A stretch of 64,000 nt of DNA, taken from NCBI RefSeq assembly GCF_009914755.1, contig NC_060935.1, one strand, 5' to 3'. Source of the DNA: the human T2T-CHM13v2.0 reference genome, Homo sapiens. Below the pieces are notes generated by a model. The model searched no databases. It had not been told where the DNA came from and was given only the letters and a program-made list of their open reading frames with translations. The translations under genes were made by a program, and so were the position numbers. The stretch's first letter is position 1, and each line of letters starts with the position of its first letter. This document shows, piece by piece, positions 1 to 16,769 of the stretch.

Positions 1-441
1 TATCTCCTCATTTTGTTCAATCTAGTTGTTAGGAAATTTGGAATTATAGGTGCAAATAACCTAGCTCTTTCATGTTTAATTAAGTTTAATAAATTATTTT
101 GAATAGTTTTAAAATCACATCAAATAAATAAAATGGGACCTAAGTCCATGACAAAAATTTTGAAAAAATCTGTAGTCTAAAACACAATGATAAAAATAAA
201 CAATAATAAGAAAATTTCTGCAAATATTTACTTTTAATAAACAATATACTTTCACCGCAATGGTTTCTGGAAAATATATTTTAACCAGAACACCCAAAAA
301 AATCAAAGGGAATATTATTTTTTTCCATTTATCAATGATCTATTTTGATTTATTATTCTATTTTTTGAATTTGATATATCTATTTAAATTTTTACATTTA
401 ACAATAATGACTAGACTATGCAGTTACAAAAGCTGTAAATG

Positions 442-760
442 GGCCAGGTTCAGTGACTTACACCTGTAATCCCAGCTCTGTGGGAGACCAAGGAGGTAGA
501 GTTGCTTGAGACCAAGAGATCAAGACCACCTGGGCAACATAGATCCCATCTCTACAAAATGAAACATAAAAAAATTAGTTGTGCGTGTTGGCATGTGCCT
601 GTAGCCCTAACTACTTGGGAGGTTGAGATGGGAGGAACCCTTGATCTCAGGGGTTCAAGGCTACAGAGAGCTGCGGTCATGCCACTGCACTCTGGCCTGG
701 GCAAAAGACTCAGACCCTGTCTCTAAAACAAAACAAAACAAAGCAAAACAAAAACAAAAA
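442..760 (+). mobile_element. Alu SINE, AluJ-type
   Basis: Begins GGCCAGGTTCAGTGACTTACACCTGTAATCCCAGC; dimeric with A-rich linker, J-like right arm and (CAAAA)n tail; heavily diverged. Confidence 0.93.
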
Positions 761-2910
761 TGCATAAAGACGATATAAGTTGGATTTTTTGGTAGTTTTT
801 ATCCTATTTGCATTGGGTGAAGAGTGTTAAGGAAAATCTTTTCTTTATAATTACACAATGGTTTTGTTTTACTGTCAGCGGGAATTCTTCCTGCAAGTAA
901 AATATTTCAATAATTGAAATGTTCGAGAAAAAAAGTCAAATGTGACTTTGAAACAATAAAAGTTTGAGTGTCTCTTTAACTGACAAGGGTGTATAAATGT
1001 CAACATGCCTTTCAGATAAATCAGTTCCAGTTCAAAGATCTTGACAATACTTTGGAAATGTAATAGAGATTCTATGAAGCTGCTACTGTGATTCTGGAGA
1101 GGCAATGTGAGAGAGGTAATGAGAGGATTGTATGTGCATAGCAAAGATATTCTAGTATGCTTCAATTTAAAAACTAAAACTTCTTTTCAGGACTCTGCTC
1201 TGGTTTTATATTGTAATAAATAGTGTCCCTGCTAGAGGTGACATTTATAGCTCCTTAGAGGTCTGCCAGTATGAAAGAATGCTATTGTTTCTTAAATGGC
1301 TGTTGTACCAACTATATTTCATTTTCCATAGTTTCTTCATTGTGGCTTTTAGATACACTTTTCTGACTGAAAAAAATCATGGAAAGAAGTCATTAAAATA
1401 TATGTTGGAGAACAGTATATGTTGCTATCACAATAGTTCAAAAAATTCCCTTCCATACTTGCATCCTGATCAAATCTAGAGTGAACTCAAGCCTCAGTTA
1501 AGAAAAATATTCCAAATTGTGAAACACTAAAAATTTGATCTTGATGCAACTTTCAATGATAGCTAATAAATTACTGTTTCTGAAGTAAATTCTAAGCACT
1601 CTATAATTCAGATTAATTCTGATTACTGATGTTTAGTTTGAGGAGAAATAAAAATGCATTTACATTTGTAGCATTTTCCTCAAAAAATTTCTTTGAACTT
1701 AAAAATTCTTACTTATAAATAGGATATTGACATCTTCTCCTGTTTTCTATCATTTGTCTTGGCTTTCCCCTGAAGTAGCAAACTCAATCAGACATGTCTC
1801 TCATGATCTCTTGCACTAGCCCTTGATGTGTGTCCAGTCCCAGATAATAATACTACAGAAATAGATTGCTAAATAAATAGTAATAAAAGTTTCTGGGTAG
1901 AGGCAAGGCAAAGAGTTTGTTCTATCAATATATATCCAATGCATAATATTTTTGTTATTTTAAAGCAAAGATCAAGTTCTTCAATAGAAATAATTTCTTG
2001 GATGGCTTTCACACATTATTCTTGATTTTAACTGTACTAAATATGATTCTTTACTGGATTCCTTAACTTGACATTTCTCCAAACAAAAGTTTTCTGAAAT
2101 ATAGACTTGAAGACTATAATGTACAGTGGGAGAGGAATATTCTTAACACCTTTCCCAGATATAGGCTAAGCATTTCACCTCCTAGCAACATAATACTTTC
2201 AAGAAATTATGTTATCACACCAGTCTTTTAAAACTTATGGGATGACATTTTTGACAAAAAAGAGTAAGTCTCTTTTATTTAAGATGTTTTATTCATCATA
2301 TAAATTATGTTATTTACCATTTAATTGCATGGCAAGAGATGAAGTTTATTTCCAAACAAATTTGATATATGCAATAATGACATTTTATTTACTTTAGATT
2401 ACTTTAGCAAATTCTGAAATTGCTCATACTATGAGCTTTTAAAAATGGCATTCAATATTATGTATTAAGATAATCTATCTTAATAAAAATATTTTTATCA
2501 AATTATTTCTACCTCTATATAGGCAAGATATAAAACTTTTTATTTTCAAATTTCTGTATATTCTTAAAATATACATTCCAAAATAACAGCAAATAATATT
2601 TTTCTGTAAGTTTCTTACTTTTAAGAAACTATAATAATCCATGAGCAACAGAAATTAATTCAGTGCTTTTTGCTGGAGCTGCCAATATTTGTACCTTCCC
2701 CTTCTCTTATGATGACTTTCTTGGCAGAAAAAAAAAAAAGAAAAAGTACTGTTAAGTAAGACCCAGGAGTCAGAAAGGAAAAACTTGGTCTTCAAAATAA
2801 AAATCAGAAGTGGCAGATATAATAACCCTTATGTACATGACATGCATAATAAAATTTGGCTGACAGACTCCAGCAGTGATTCCTTTTATTCCATAAAACC
2901 TTTTAACCAC

Positions 2911-3300
2911 TGTTACCAACTGAATTTTGTTTCACCAAAATTCATATGTTAAAGTTCCTAATACTTGATATAAGTGGATTTGGAGAATGGATCTTTAAAG
3001 AGGTAATTAAGGTTAAATGAAGTCATAGTAATGGAGCCCTAATTGGATAAGATTGGTGTCCTTACAAAGAAAAGGAAGAGACAAAAAGGATTTGGGATGT
3101 GCGACACGGAGTAAAGACTGTGTGAAAGGGCATGAGAAGGTGGCTACCTGCAAGCCAAGCTGAGGCTTCAGGGGAAACCAATCCTGCTGGCACCTTGATC
3201 CTGAAATTCCAGCCTCTAGAACTATGAGAAAATACATTTCTATTAATTTTGCTAGACATTCTGTGGTATTTTTTTATGACAGCCCAAGCAAACTAATGCA
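2911..3300 (+). mobile_element. MaLR solo LTR (MLT1A/B-like)
   Basis: TG...CA ends; contains CAAAATTCATATGTTAAAG, GAGGTAATTAAGGTTAAATGA and CCTGCTGGCACCTTGATC...CCAGCCTCTAGAACTATGAG, typical of MLT1. Confidence 0.85.
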
Positions 3301-3957
3301 ATCAAAACTGATAAATCCAGTGAGAGGGAGGGAGGGAAACCTTAACAATGGGACAGTTGAAATAACTAATAATTTAAAAAATTGTGTAAGTAAATGGGAA
3401 GGACAGGAGGGGGTTGTTTGTTAACTTTCTATACTACTATATTATATTGGAATAATTTCAAATTGAAATTATAAATTTGCTGAAATTAATTTGTTAGCTC
3501 TAGCAAAGAAGTGATCAATATAATATATGATTTTGTTGATGTTGAAAATAAAAAATTTAAAGAGTGCTAAAAATTGAGAAAAAAAAATCAGAATCAGAAA
3601 GGGCAGATACATTAACCAACAACTCAAGGCTAACTTGTTAACAATATTACAGAGAAGAGTGATTGATAATAAGCATTAAAACCACACACTAGTTGGCCAT
3701 TTATTATAATTTACTATGCTTTTCACTACATATTTTAATAGAAAATAGATGAATGATTCTGTTTAATCTTAGGACTATAATTTTCATGGCTATAGTTTGA
3801 GTGCCTTTTTATTAACATGTGGGCACAATGAAGATGAAATCCAAGTCTGTGAGAAAAATAGTGAGTCTGATTCTGGGATGGCATTCATGCATTCAAATGT
3901 CTACTGCTCTTCATGTTAGGTAAAAGAAAAACAGTCCTGTTATTGTGTTTATGTCAC

Positions 3958-4521
3958 TGTGATGGTTGATATTCAGTGTCAACTTGATTGTGTTGAAGGA
4001 TGAAAAGTATTGTTTCTGGGTGTATCTGGGTGTTTCTGGGTGCTGCCAGAAGAGATTAACATTTAAGTCAGTGGACTAAAACAGGAAGACCTACCCTCAG
4101 GAAGACCCACACACATTATGGGTGGGCACCATCCAGTTGGCTTCCAGCTAGCTAGAAAAATCAGGCAGAAGGTGAAAGAAGCCGACTCACTGAGTCTTCC
4201 AGCCTTCATCTTTCTCCCATGCTGAGTGCTTCCTACCCTCGAACATCAGACTCCAAATTCTTGAGTTTTTGGACTCTTATACTTAACACCAGTGGTTTGC
4301 CAGGGGCTCTCAGGCCTTTGGCCACAGACTGAAAGTTGCATTGTCAGCTTCCCGACTTTTGAGGTTTGGGGACTCAAACTGGCTTCCTTGGTTCTCAGCT
4401 TGCCCACAGTTTATAGTGGGACTTCACCTTGTGATCATGTGAGTCAATACTCGATAAACTCCCTTTCACATATACATCTATCCTATTAGTTCTGTCCCTC
4501 CGCAGAGCCCTGACTAATACA
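3958..4521 (+). mobile_element. ERVL solo LTR, MLT2A-type
   Basis: Starts TGTGATGGTTGATATTCAGTGTCAACTTG and ends CCCTGACTAATACA; perfect 5-bp TSD GTCAC at 3953-3957 and 4522-4526. Confidence 0.93.
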
Positions 4522-4909
4522 GTCACTGTAACTTAGAATGTTTATATTATTAGATGAACACTATTCCTAACTCATATACCCTCTAGCGCTCCTGAAGGCA
4601 AGCTTCTTTTTCTTTAACATGTCACATATTATAGATCCAGGAGGTAGAACTGGTGCACCCTTTCAACCATATTGCCAATTCTAGACCATTACTATCATTC
4701 TATGCAGCTCATGTGAGAATCACAGCATCTAGATACATCTTCTTCTTCTTGGTGAATTTTACACACCTCCTGGTCACAGTGCCTTTTTCATTCATAACTA
4801 TTTGTTCTACTAACATTCTTTATTTTCTCCCACCTGTCACAAAGATGAAACACTAACAGTCTAATCTCTAAGTTATATAATGTGCTCATTTTCATTGACT
4901 TTTATCTGT

Positions 4910-5403
4910 AATATTTAAGTTGTGGTAAAATATACATAACATAAATTTTACCACCTTTACAATTTTAAGAGTACAGGTCAGCGTCATGAAATATATTCAC
5001 AAAATTGTGCAACCATCACCACCATTCATCTCCATTACTTTTTTATATTCCCAAACTGAAACATTGTTCCCATTAAGCACTACATCTCCATATCCCCCCT
5101 TCCAACTCCCTAGCAACCATTATTCCATTTTCTATCTCTATAAATCTGACTACATTGAATACCTTATATAAGTGGGATCATACAGCATTTGTCCTCTTAT
5201 AACTGTCTGATTTTACTTAGTATAATGTTGCTTAGGTTCATTCATGTCGTAGCATGTGTCAGAATTTCTTTTGTTTTTAAAACTGGATAAAATCTCATTG
5301 TATGTGGATATCATATCTTGTTTATCCATTCATGTATTTGTAGACACTTGAGTTGCTTCCACTTTTTGGCTATTGTGAATAATGCTACAATGGTCATGGG
5401 TGT
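4910..5403 (-). mobile_element. L1MB-like 3' end fragment
   Basis: GTGGTAAAATATACATAACATAAATTTTACCA...GTTGCTTCCACTTTTTGGCTATTGTGAATAATGCT matches the antisense of an old L1 3'UTR/ORF2 end. Confidence 0.85.
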
Positions 5404-6873
5404 CAGCATTAGAAATCTACTGCCTTAAACCTCAATCTCATTTTGTTATCATTGGACCACTTCTAATAACTTGATTTAAAAATTTATTTTAAGACATGGG
5501 TTTCTATTATTTCAGTTCTTGTCTTAAAGTTCTACAATTCCAAACTCACTGAGATCTTTATAACTATATACTATGTCTCAGATAGTTCCTCTGTGAACCT
5601 GTCTTTTTTTTTCTTATGGTGCTTCACCATTCATCAAAGCCCTTCCTCTTAGTTTATGTGCCTAGCAAACCTAAAAGTTGCCCAACTGTTCCTTAACATT
5701 TCTTCTTGAAATAAAATCTTAAAATAGGATCATATGCTACATGCCACATGTGTCTAGAGCTCAACTCAATAAGTACTTGTTGAGTAAATGAATTGGTAAG
5801 CTCTGAATAAAGTCACTAAGGTGGTGTACACAGCTTAGGGATTCAAAATTCTCTCTATAAGGTAAAAAATAAAACTCATTGCTATTCTTTGAGAAAATAG
5901 TATTCAAATGATGATAAAAAGTATTTGCCATGGCAAATCTCTATGTGCTACCCATCAAAAGAGAAGCACATATTAAGAAAAATAAAAAGGCTACCTAATT
6001 CTCAAAATAATAGAAGTTTTTATTATTTTGTTTAGTTTTTGCATATTTCTTGGAGAGAAAGGATTTAAAAAGAAAAAAATAGATAGCAAGTCACACATTC
6101 AATACTAAGATTTTTGTATGCTACTTGACTTATTTTTCTTTCTCTTTAAACACAATGAACTATAAATGTATTCTCTGCAAGTCTTGTTTTAGAGACAGAG
6201 GAATTCCATCAAGTTTAGGTTCAGGAGGATCATCCTACAAAAATAACAGAAGTTGAATTTGAACAACAACAACAAAAAAAAAACCAGAAAGAAGATTATC
6301 TGGAGAGTGCTAAACAAAAAGGCAAGTGAATCAATGAAGTCTCTGACCAAGTCATCTAGAAGCAGATTCAATTTATGTGTCACCAATAAAATAAAATTTT
6401 CCATTGTTGTTAATAGTGGTTTCTGAACTCTGTAGCTTCTTATGGCAACACCAAGTAGATCAGAAAGACAACAGGAGTCTTCACTAACAGCCAATTTCTA
6501 CAAAATTCAAATATAGAGTCATACCATCTAAATAAACACAGTAAATATTTATCATAAACCTTTAAAGGTAAAAGTGCAGGAATATATCTTCCACATTCAA
6601 TCAATTGAAAGTGACCTTTGTTTTTTTTTTCCAAAATGCTATTTTTTACTAATTTCCTTTAATTTAGTGCCAATTCCAAACCAATTTATTACTGCTTATC
6701 TGAACTATTATAAGATTTTTCAAGCATTTCATATCTCTAAAATCACTCTTTTGCAATTTAAGTAGGAAAATAGTTGGAGAATAATTTTAAAAAAATAATT
6801 ATCTAATCATGGCATTACTATATTCAAAGCCCTTACAGGGCTCTATTATTTTTATTTAGCATTGTGTTAACAA

Positions 6874-7200
<327 letters not shown>

Positions 7201-7204
7201 GTTC

Positions 7205-7270
7205 TAGCAAGTATTTTTAAGGTGTACTAAATGCTAAGCACTGTGCTAGGTGTGCAAAAATAACTGTGGA
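7205..7270 (-). mobile_element. L2 3' end fragment
   Basis: CAAGTATTTTTAAGGTGTACTAAATGCTAAGCACTGTGCTAGG resembles the antisense L2 terminus. Confidence 0.55.
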
Positions 7271-7398
7271 AAAAAAAACAGAGCTAAGAATACTTGGAAT
7301 TTTATTTCACGGTATAATTTTTTATATCCCAATTTTCTCATAAGTACCCTCTACTCAACCTCTACTCGGTGATTATTATCCCATGACTGCATCTAGAA

Positions 7399-7621
7399 CA
7401 GAGGTTGGTAAACTTTTCCTGTAAAGGGCTGGTTATTACATGTTTACGCTCTGTGGGCCATTAATTATAGATCACAACTATCCAACTTGTCATTGTAGTA
7501 TGAACACAGCCATACACAATACATAAATAAATAGACGTGGCTGTGTTCCAAAGAAAATGTATTTGCAAAAATTGGTAGAGAGGTGAATTTGGTCCCTGGG
7601 GCCATAGTTTGTTGACCTATG
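7399..7621 (+). mobile_element. MER58A-like hAT-Charlie MITE
   Basis: Termini CAGAGGTTGGTAAAC and GTTTGTTGACCTATG are degenerate TIRs; internal GGCTGTGTTCCAAAGAAAATGTATTTGCAAAA; flanks ATCTAGAA/GTCTAATT fit the Charlie 8-bp target. Confidence 0.85.
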
Positions 7622-9139
7622 GTCTAATTTATTCTATAATATCAGCCTCATTAGTCAACATTTTTGAGTTCCAAATGAAGTGTTATGGCTCTATGAACAT
7701 GGTAAAACCACACTTCACACTCTTAGCAATGTAGAGTAACATGACTCTTATATTTCCCATTAAAAAGGCCACATGTTTACATCCTAGTTCTAATATATAT
7801 TAATATGGCATGAACTCATTACTCTTTATCACTGGACCTCAATTTCCTCACATGTAACAGAAACATAACAATACCTATTTTGACATTTATGTGATGACAC
7901 AAAGGTTTAATTGTGTAAGTTACCTAAACCTGTTAAGGCTAATTGCACAACTGCCCAGATCTGCTGAAGAGCGCTTTCCTGATCTGGTTCTTATTAAAGC
8001 TGACAGACTTCTTGGTAACTTGGCAAATGGATAGAGCACAATTAACATTGTGAAATACGCTACTTCTGAAACCCAGATGGGCCTACTAGAAGTGGTGCTT
8101 CCTTCTTAGTGATGAGAGACGCAAAATGCAATAATGTGTATGTTACTTTAATGGACTATTTTAGCATGCCTCACACCACTGGAAATCTAAAATCTCACTG
8201 AGGTAAACACAGAAACTATGCTGTGTTTACCCACACTTTCTGAGCTCATACAGTCTGAATAACATGAGATTATTGGCCAAGGGGGTCAATGTACTATTTC
8301 ATGGAATATCCAGACAACCCAAGCTCTGCCTGGCTAGCTCTTGCAACGTTTTCATATGCAACGTCCTTCCTTCCTTTAGCAGGCCCAGTACTTTGTCTGC
8401 TGAGTTACAATATGACTTGGCTCTAGTTTAAATCTGTTGGACCAGAGAGGAGTCAGAGCCAGATCCTGAATGAAACCTGTGTTGTTCTGTGAGAGATAAG
8501 CCTTTGCTTCATCTGAAAGCAAGAGGTACATCTTTGCTTTAATAGGGAGGAGTGAGAAACTTCTGTAATCTCAGAAGGTTTGAGCAAAACTGAGATTTTA
8601 CCATTTTCAAGTGCATCAATCCATACGCTTCATCTTAAACCTTAGGTATCCACCCTTTCTCAATCGGAGTCCTCATCTTGGTATACCAGAACTGCCAGAA
8701 TTAACAATTCAACATTTCTTGGAGATCTCTAGTCTTATAATTAAGGTTTGGTCCAGATTCTCAGTCTCTTTCTGTCCCTGGTTTTTTATATGCTACTAAG
8801 AAGTCCTCTGGCATTCTCAATCTGCTTTATATTAATCACCGTTATACTTTTTTTTTCTTTTCTCCTGTCATCATCACTGGCCCTTAGAAACAGCTATGCA
8901 ATTCAATAGACTTCATTGTTATTACTACCAAACTTATCTTGAGATACTGCACTTACCAGTGCATTCTTTAGCACAGGTATTAATCCTAGCTCATTACCAT
9001 GGAAAGTTTTAGCAAATGCTCTTAAATCATGTATCAAGATCTTTTAGCTCTTCACCTACTGCAGGTGATGAAGTCTTCGTTGCCAACTAGAAGGTAAGTA
9101 ATCCAGGTTTAAGTCGACTTCCTAGGACATCTGGTAATG

Positions 9140-9520
9140 CAGTAGTTGATTAGTTTCCATAGAAAACAGACTCTGAAACTCTTGAATTTATATTCGCGAC
9201 TTTTATTGGGGATTGATTTGGAAACAGTATCTGTGAGCAGCAAAAGAAATAATATTGGGAAGAAAGATAAATTGAACTGGGGTACAATTGGAACAGATGC
9301 CTCACCAGTCTTAAAGGGAGCAGAATACTCCAACTGAGGCAAAAATAAGCCTGGTCTTTAACTTACATAAAACAGTCATTAGACAAGGGCTGACTCCAGG
9401 GACTGCACACAATCTTAGTTGAGGTGGTTTCCTCCACTGAAGGAAAATTCCTGAAAAGGGCTTCAGGAATGAGCAAATTGACTACCATCAACTGGGGAAT
9501 GAGTGCTTTTAGTCTTGGAG
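9140..9520 (-). mobile_element. Old ERVL LTR (LTR16A-like)
   Basis: TTCCATAGAAAACAGACTCTGAAAC...TTTTATTGGGGA...ATTGGGAAGAAAGATAAATTGAACTG resembles the LTR16 antisense 3' end. Confidence 0.6.
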
Positions 9521-11084
9521 GGATATCTACCGTACTCAATTCAGTGCTAAATACATCTTAGCTAAATCTAAAACGTTTTGTGTGCTGAATTCAGTATACT
9601 TTACTGACAACCACCTTGTTTCTAAGGCTCTATTAAAAATGAATGCCCTTTTATGTTGATAATTATTTTTGATGGAATTAGAGAAGATACTCTAGTAAAT
9701 ACAGACATTTTAATCTCCTATAAAAGCTAACCTGTGGTTAATATGCCATTTGTAAAAAAACAAAACAAACAAAACACACGTTTTTGCAGAGAAAATGGTA
9801 GGTTTGTACAATTACTTTGGAGAGCAGTGACAGCTCCACCTTTACATAACAGGTTGTGAAGGATCAAGGGAGCATTACCTGAACCTGAGATTCACCTAGC
9901 TGTGGATTTTTAGTCAGGCATTTTCTAGTATTATCTAGAGATTCTTTAGGCATTTAATCCTGGAATTTTCAAAGTTACTTGTAAATGATTAAAAGGGAAA
10001 TGCCAATTCACAACTCTCCTGGAACATAAAATGGGTAGTTTGCACTATTAAGGTATCTTCCTTGAAATCCCTTGCTTTCTTGAACATTCTGCTTACTAAA
10101 CCGTGGCAAGTTACTTTTCTCCCTAATTGATGCTTGTACTCATGAAGTGTATCATCATCATTAACAAGATCAATTAAGTACCTACATGAGCATGGCCTTC
10201 CTCCTGGGTCCTGGTTAATTTGCACAAGATCTTCTTGTGCCTTTCTGTTAGGAATTCAGCTCTATTAACAGTACCACTCTTCTGAGAATATTCCATTTGC
10301 AAAGTTAAACTTTCAGTTGATGAGAAGAAACTTAAGGAAGCAAATAATTATTATGTAGATTGAAGATGTCATTAAAGGAGCACATTTAATCAAGGCACTG
10401 TTTGCCCTTCATGGGTAAAAAAAAAATAAAGCCATTGTAAACACTAATGTATTCAATAATGTTAACTTGGTAATGTGGAGGTTAGTTTTTGTTCCATTTA
10501 GATAAACTCTTCTCAGTGACACCTTTGGCTCTGATCATGTAACTTCTGGGACTAAGAGTGAAAGCAGTTTTACCCAGCATGGGGATAACTTTGTTTTAAG
10601 GCCTTAGACTTAAGAAAGGAATGCATATGGAGAGGAGCCTTATTTCAGTTGAGTAAAATCCAAGCGATTGAAATGACCCAAGAAGCACAATCTGAGGCTT
10701 TGGATTGTAACACAAGATTTTTGATTCTCACTACCAATCTTCACAATATTTATGAAGTAGGATAGTCTTAATAAATGGCAGTGGTTGTCTCTGAGTTACA
10801 GAAATAATTACCTTCTCTCTAGAGGTATAGTATGATATCAATATTTGAGAAGTTTATAGGGTATATCCAATGATTTTATGTATATTAATAAAATTTCTAG
10901 TGTATTTGACATAGCAGACAACAGTTAAAATCTTTAATAATCAAAAATATGAATATATTTATATTAATTACTCTAAATTGATATACTATATAATAAACAT
11001 AACATTTTATGTAATACTTAGAATATTAAATCCTATATTAGTCATACCACTGCAGTGAGCTATCTAAAATAATTAAAGTATTAA

Positions 11085-11318
11085 TAAAAATAGTTATGGC
11101 AATTGAATGCTTATTGAATCATCACTATGTGGTAGACACATTTGTAAGTGCTTAACATGCGTAAACCACTTAATCTTTATTACCTTGAGAAGGGCAATAT
11201 TCAGCTATTCATATTACATGAAGGAACTAAGTCAATGAGAGTTCAAGTTACTTGCTCTAAATCTCATTTCAAGGAAGAATCCTGGGCTTGAACCCTACCA
11301 GCTGATCCCAGAGCCTAT
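11085..11318 (-). mobile_element. MIR SINE
   Basis: TTATTGAATCATCACTATGTG...ATTACATGAAGGAACTAAGTCAATGAGAGTTCAAGTTACTTGC...GGCTTGAACCC; antisense MIR core. Confidence 0.75.
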
Positions 11319-11961
11319 GTAAAATAATTTAGTTAAAATATAATAATTAAACATACAAATATATTTTCAGACACTTTAGAAATGATCATGAGATGAGCTT
11401 ATTGGATAACTTGAAAACCCGAAGGAAACATTGGAGAGATTCCGTTTTCGTTCTCTCATGCACATTCACTCCTCTGGGATCTCTTTGAGATCAAAAGTAA
11501 GGGACCCCTGAAAAAGAATTCATAAGAGTGGAGGAAAGCAACAGCCTGAGAAGACGACATGATTTTCTTGTCTTTTTTTTTAGTGTTGTAGGTTAGGAGT
11601 ATGGAACGTGTAACTGGCAGAGCATAATAAGTGGAATATGCTCTGGGTCAAGCTCTTGTGTGTTGCGAACTGTCTAGAGACCAATGGTCAAATCCATGAT
11701 ATTAATTAAACATGATTACCAGCCTTCATTTTGTATAGATCTTATAGTTTTCAATAACTCAACACTTTCTTCTTTGGTGATCAAAATAATTTGAATATTA
11801 TTATAATAGTTAAAAAGTAAACATGTGAATACTCTTACTCAGATGTTATTAAGCATATATATATATATATACCTACATAGGATTGTTTTTTCCTCACTCT
11901 AAATATCACAATAAGAACTAGTTATATAGACCATAACTATCCAATACAATTTTCTTCAATA

Positions 11962-12140
11962 ATCTCTGCTGTTCAATACAGTTACAATTAGACTCATATG
12001 GCTACTGAACATTAAAACTAAAATGTTGCTAGTTTGACTAAGAAACTCAATTTTAAATTTATTTTAGTTAATTAAAATTAAAATTAAATTAAATGTTAAA
12101 ATTAAATACAGGAGGGCAGTGACTACTTATTGAAGAGCAC
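11962..12140. mobile_element. MER3-like hAT-Charlie MITE
   Basis: CTGCTGTTCAATACAG...CATATGGCTACTGAACA...AT-rich quasi-palindromic centre...TATTGAAGAGCAC. Confidence 0.7.
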
Positions 12141-12219
12141 ACATATAGAATTTATTTTTTCTAAGACAGTACTATTAGAGCACGTTTAAAAACAAGATAT
12201 AATTTTCTACAATTGTAAG

Positions 12220-12745
12220 TCATATGAACCCAGCATGAACCCAGCAATCTCACTTCAATGTATTTACCCAAGAAAAATAAAAGCCTTTCTTTACAAAAAG
12301 ACTAATTCACAAATGCTTTTAGCAGCCTTTATGCAAAACAGCCCCAAACTAAAAACAATCCAAATATATATCAACAGATAAATGGATTAACACATTATAT
12401 TATTTGTATAATAGAATACTCAATGGTAAAAAGAAACAATCTGCTAATACAGAAATACAGTATAGACTAATCTCAGAATGAATCTTACAGAAAGTTTACA
12501 CATGTATGTGAAATTGTAGAAAAGAAAACTCACTAACCTTTAGTGACAGAAATTAGATCAGTTGGTTTCATGAGGTCTGGGAGTGAGGTGGATTTGGATT
12601 CACTGAAGGAAACATGAGGGAAGTTTTTGAGGTTCTGAAAATGTACTATATCTTGATTTTAACTTTATATGTTTGTTAAAATAATAAATCTTTATATTTA
12701 AAATGTGTAGATGTAAGTGTATATAGATATTTTAATAAAATTGAT
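12220..12745 (+). mobile_element. Old L1M (L1ME/MC-like) 3' end
   Basis: ATATGAACCCAGCAATCTCACTTC...TATTTACCCAAGA...GTGACAGAAATTAGATCAGTTGG...AATAAAATTGATT. Confidence 0.75.
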
Positions 12746-12749
12746 TAAA

Positions 12750-13270
12750 ATCAATAAGAATATAAAAGACAGATCAAAATATCAATCAACTTACACACAT
12801 AATTGAAATGTGGAAAACACTTCCAACAACAGAAAGAGAGTGCATTGTTTTATTCAAGAGCATATCGAACAGTTGCCAAAATACATTATAGTTATGAAAT
12901 AAGCCTCCTTAAATTTCAGTCATACAGAATATGTTCTCTGACCAAAGCAACAATAAGGAAGGAATGAACATCAGCAAGATAGTCCAAATTATTTCAAAAT
13001 TAGTAACACATCTAAATTTCCCATAGGACAAATAACGTCTCTACATTAATGTGTAATTGTTCTGAATAAAAAAATAAAGAACACCAAATATAATAATTTG
13101 TAATGTGAAGCTAAAATATGCTCATAAGGTAACTATAAGATTAAAATGCTTACATTTAAAAGAAGACGGGTTTAAAGTCAATGATCTGGGCTTCTACCTT
13201 AGAAAACTAGAAAAGAGGAGCAAAATAAAACCAAGTTCAAAAACAAAAAGAAATAATAAATATAATGGAA
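12750..13270 (+). mobile_element. Old L1M ORF2 endonuclease-region fragment
   Basis: CATACAGAATATGTTCTCTGACCA (SDH region); ORF 13105-13293 ...KVNDLGFYLRKLEK resembles the L1 ORF2 linker. Confidence 0.7.
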
Positions 13271-13289
13271 TAAATAAAGTACTTTTGCC

Positions 13290-16389
<3,100 letters not shown>

Positions 16390-16390
<1 letters not shown>

Positions 16391-16568
16391 CCCAACTGTA
16401 GTTTAACCCAGCTATAGGCTAATGTGTTTTGAACATATGTAAGGTAGGCTATGATAAAATACCATGTTCAGTAAGTTAGGTGTATTAAATGCATTTTCAA
16501 CTTACTGTATTTTAAATTATGATGGGTTTATTGGGACATAACCCCATAGATAATTAGAAAAACTACTG
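16390..16568 (-). mobile_element. MER47/Tigger5-like DNA transposon, one end only
   Basis: GGTGTATTAAATGCATTTTCAACTTAC...GATGGGTTTATTGGGACATAACCCCAT...CTG followed by a TA target. Confidence 0.75.
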
Positions 16569-16769
16569 TATATTAAATGTACAGTTTTTAAATATCAATT
16601 GTACCTCAACAAAACTGTTAAAGATGCTATACTTAGAAATATATTCAACACAGAGGATAATAGACATTTTCATCTTCACTAAAACTGTAGATTATATTAT
16701 AGGAAGATTAAATGATATTTTAATAAGTAGAGTGAGAAATCATGTCCATGCACACAAACTCAATATCTT

